Assembly: GCF_002113885.1 (NCBI RefSeq)
Contig: NW_018408820.1
Coordinates: 1,145,654 to 1,209,309, forward strand
Direction: 5' to 3'
DNA: 63,656 nt
Origin: Mizuhopecten yessoensis
Taxonomy: Eukaryota
Shown here: piece after piece, positions 61,601 to 63,656 of the stretch
How the letters are laid out: the number at the start of each line of letters is the position of its first letter
Numbering within the stretch: position 1 is the first letter of the stretch
Notes under the pieces: model-generated
Databases searched by the model: none
Told to the model about the DNA's origin: nothing
The model's input: the letters and a program-made list of their open reading frames with translations, nothing else
Program-made: the position numbers and the translations under genes

Positions 61601-63608
61601 AAAATTACCCATAATGCACCAAGTCCTTTGACTTGTTGTCTGTGTTTGATTCTCTCAGAGTTTTCATAATTTATTGATCAACTCACAAACTGAAAAAATT
61701 AAGACAACATCTTGATACAATCACTGTCCTCTTTCGCCAGAGACAAGCAGACAGCACCTGACTACGAACACCAAGAGTGTTTATGGTATATGTATGGACC
61801 CCAAGAACGATTATAGACTAGCCTCCTACCATGAGGTAAGTTTTCTACCAAAGCTTTGGTTCAACTATCTCAAAAGAGCAAACTTACAACAAACTGTTAC
61901 CCTGTTCAAACCAAACTCTGTGGAATCTGGAAACCTGTGGAAATCAGAATATCAATAAAAATATTAACCCTTTCACCACTGTAGACCATAATGGACTCAC
62001 CCAGATCAATGCATGGGAGAGTCAACTAAAGTTACATGGGGGTGAGAGAGTTAACATGTTTGAGGCTGAGTTTGATTGTGGATGTGATCTGTAGAAACCA
62101 GAATACTAACGCCATCTGAGCCCTGAACATTTGTGTATTAATGTGAAAAGTTCTGAAAATGTCCTTCTGTTGCAATAGAAATGTTTGTTTATAAATCCTA
62201 AGGTTGTGTCAGTATGAATATCTTAATAGAAAGCTGTCTTTTAAAATTTTGATAACAGAACTTTTTTATATATTGGTAGATTTCTTCTGCTTAAACTTTT
62301 ATGTAGCTTCTGTATGACTTGTTCTGAATACAAACACTATGCTTGTTTTCTATGAATCCCTATTTGATGTTAATATGATGTACATGTACATACACAATAT
62401 AAATAGGATACTTCACCCTGTTTGTGAAGTACTAAATTGACTTGTTTATATCTTAACTTATAGTTACTGATCTGTGTCCATTTGTTTTATTTCAGAATCA
62501 GGTTTCTGTGTGGGACATCAGGAATTTTGATAAACCTGTATCCTTGACATGTTCTCTGTGTAGTGTACAGTAACAATAGTTCTGACGATGAGGCTTGGAC
62601 TCGACTCTGATAAATCGTGTACAAACGTATAGCAATATAGTCTTGTAATATATCAAAGGTGAAGTTTCTTCCGAGTGGGAAGATGTGATATTTTGAAAAA
62701 TTGAAGGTTTACTTCCACATAAGTTTTTTTCATAAAGTCTGGTGTAGATGCATATTAAATAAGGATTGAATAGAATTTTTTTCAATTTCATGCTGGTATG
62801 AACACGAATCGGTAACATACATATTCCATGAATCCCGATAATAAGACCTTCCTGTCGCATTGCACTGTATAGCTTTATTTGTTATGCCCCCGCCATAAAA
62901 TGGGGGGCATATAGTGTTGCCCATTTCTGTCCCGTCCCATCCCGTCCCGATTCTATGTAAACACTTAGCAACTTCATTCTTTGACAGATTTTGGTCAAAC
63001 TTTATACAAAGGTCAAATATGAGTATACTTCGGACATCTTTGTGTTTCAGGGATCCAAGGTCAAGGCCAAGGTCACACTTGCTATATATAGAAAATCATC
63101 AACTGATTCAATTTAAACACTTAGCAACTTCATTCTTTCATGGATTTTGGTCAAACTTTATGCAAAGGTCAAGTATGAGTATACTTCAGACATGGTTGTG
63201 TTTCAGGGTTCCAAGGTCAAGGCCAAGGTCACTGTTGCTATATATAGAAAATCATCAACTGATTCAATTTAAACACTTAGCAACTTCATTCAATATGTTA
63301 TGGAGTTGGTAATAACATACAGAAAGAAACATATGAATATTAAAATCAACTTTAAGTGTAGTACCTTTTGTGTGTGCATGTTTCAGGGTATCAAGATCAA
63401 AGTGGTTGTAACTTTTTATAGAACACTGAAACTAATTTCACATGGCAGCGGGGGCATTTATGTCTTACAGACATTTTCTAGTTTTACACAAGAACTAATA
63501 TGGATTCGACCTTAAGTGATGATCATTTATTTGTCCTTGACCTTTAATCTAGATAATGACATTTCCAGAAGCAAAGCCAGTAGTCCAGATTGGTTGGTGT
63601 CCAACCAG
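55672..63608 (+). CDS. MIOS: GATOR2 complex protein MIOS (WD40 N-terminal region; the gene continues beyond the window)
   Basis: Exons 55672-55798, 56538(or 56514)-56605, 57874-57956, 58565-58608, 58785-58843, 59425-59584, 60682-60783, 61741-61835, 62496-62537 and 63553-63608, with consistent phases. Peptides ILWSP, IAWYP..LIAVGQQNGKIVLS, DLVGKEFSPKHSRSC..LAWNP, GLEKYRSD...LIWDI, IKIFDLR, VWDIRNFDKP and WCPTR match MIOS. Confidence 0.93.
56155..56357. repeat. 23-bp tandem repeat (GTCATTTAATGATGTATTTGTAT), about 9 copies
   Basis: Directly visible. Confidence 0.9.
56660..56979. mobile_element. About 320-bp foldback MITE (TTAA-AG termini, Kolobok-like)
   Basis: TAAAGCTGACAGTGCAAG..AAAAGCTTTCAATTGAGAT is mirrored by ATCTCAATTGAAAGCTTTT..CTTGCACTGTCAGCTTTA; nearly the whole element is an inverted repeat. 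Confidence 0.75.
57946..58392 (+). repeat. 22-bp minisatellite (ATTCTGTCCAGGTAACAAGATC), about 20 copies, derived from a MIOS exon/intron junction
   Basis: The first unit is the authentic exon end plus donor, GTTCTGTCCAG|GTAAAA, at 57956/57957. Confidence 0.92.
59028..59248 (+). mobile_element. Complete tRNA-derived SINE with V-domain-like motif and 8-bp TSD
   Basis: A box TGGCCAAGTGG, B-box-like GGTTTCGAGACC, GGTTTTTCTC.GTGAACTCCGGCTTTCCTCC, AC-rich tail, TSD CTTCCTCA on both sides. Confidence 0.85.
60409..60594. mobile_element. Foldback MITE family A, copy 6
   Basis: Same TIRs, A^T flanks. Confidence 0.88.
60852..60962. mobile_element. 111-bp MITE with a 9-bp TSD (MULE-like)
   Basis: TIR AGCTGCGGGAACC.TAGCTTCTAGGCC; TSD AATCTACTG at 60843-60851 and 60963-60971. 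Confidence 0.85.
62538..63552 (+). other. U12-type (minor spliceosome) GT-AG intron of MIOS
   Basis: 5' splice site GTATCCTT; branch site TCCTTGAC at 63534-63541 close to the AG at 63551-63552; no long polypyrimidine tract; the flanking exons join in frame (FDKP|IMTF). Confidence 0.85.
62876..63483 (-). mobile_element. HINE/pearl-like element inside the U12 intron
   Basis: Terminal hairpin ATGCCCCC..GGGGGCAT, (GTCCC) microsatellite, internal tandem repeats of about 155 bp, and a ...TTCTAGTT end. Confidence 0.7.
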
Positions 63609-63656
63609 GTGAGTGAACAATGAATAGCAAGACTGACCAGTTTTGACTTGACCCTC

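Overview
This is AT-rich eukaryotic (animal) genomic DNA with spliceosomal introns. The repeat landscape (CORE/V-type SINEs, HINE-like elements, CR1/L2-type LINEs, many minisatellites) suggests a mollusc, probably a bivalve; that assignment is inference. I reconstructed five protein-coding genes by hand from splice sites and reading frame: (1) a 3-exon MFSD4/NAGLT1-like MFS transporter (-, 5988-9704); (2) a 2-coding-exon secreted type-B carboxylesterase (+, 21701-23959); (3) a 6-exon uncharacterised RING-HC/coiled-coil protein (+, 26336-32707); (4) a 7-exon CCDC89 (-, 42589-53772); (5) the 5' part of MIOS (GATOR2 subunit, +, from 55672, running off the window), head-to-head with CCDC89. The most notable observations are: a 22-bp minisatellite built from a MIOS exon/intron junction, giving about 20 tandem YAG|GTAA sites; a parallel triplication of a CCDC89 splice donor; a U12-type (minor spliceosome) intron in MIOS; a stop-free Polinton/Maverick-type protein-primed DNA polymerase fragment lying beside a Harbinger transposase pseudogene between direct repeats; a LINE carrying three nested insertions; and a foldback MITE family that inserts at A^T. 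Most long ORFs in the supplied track are artefacts of tandem repeats. Assembly gaps are at 12240-12417 and 49015-49094. All family assignments come from motif recognition, not database searches.
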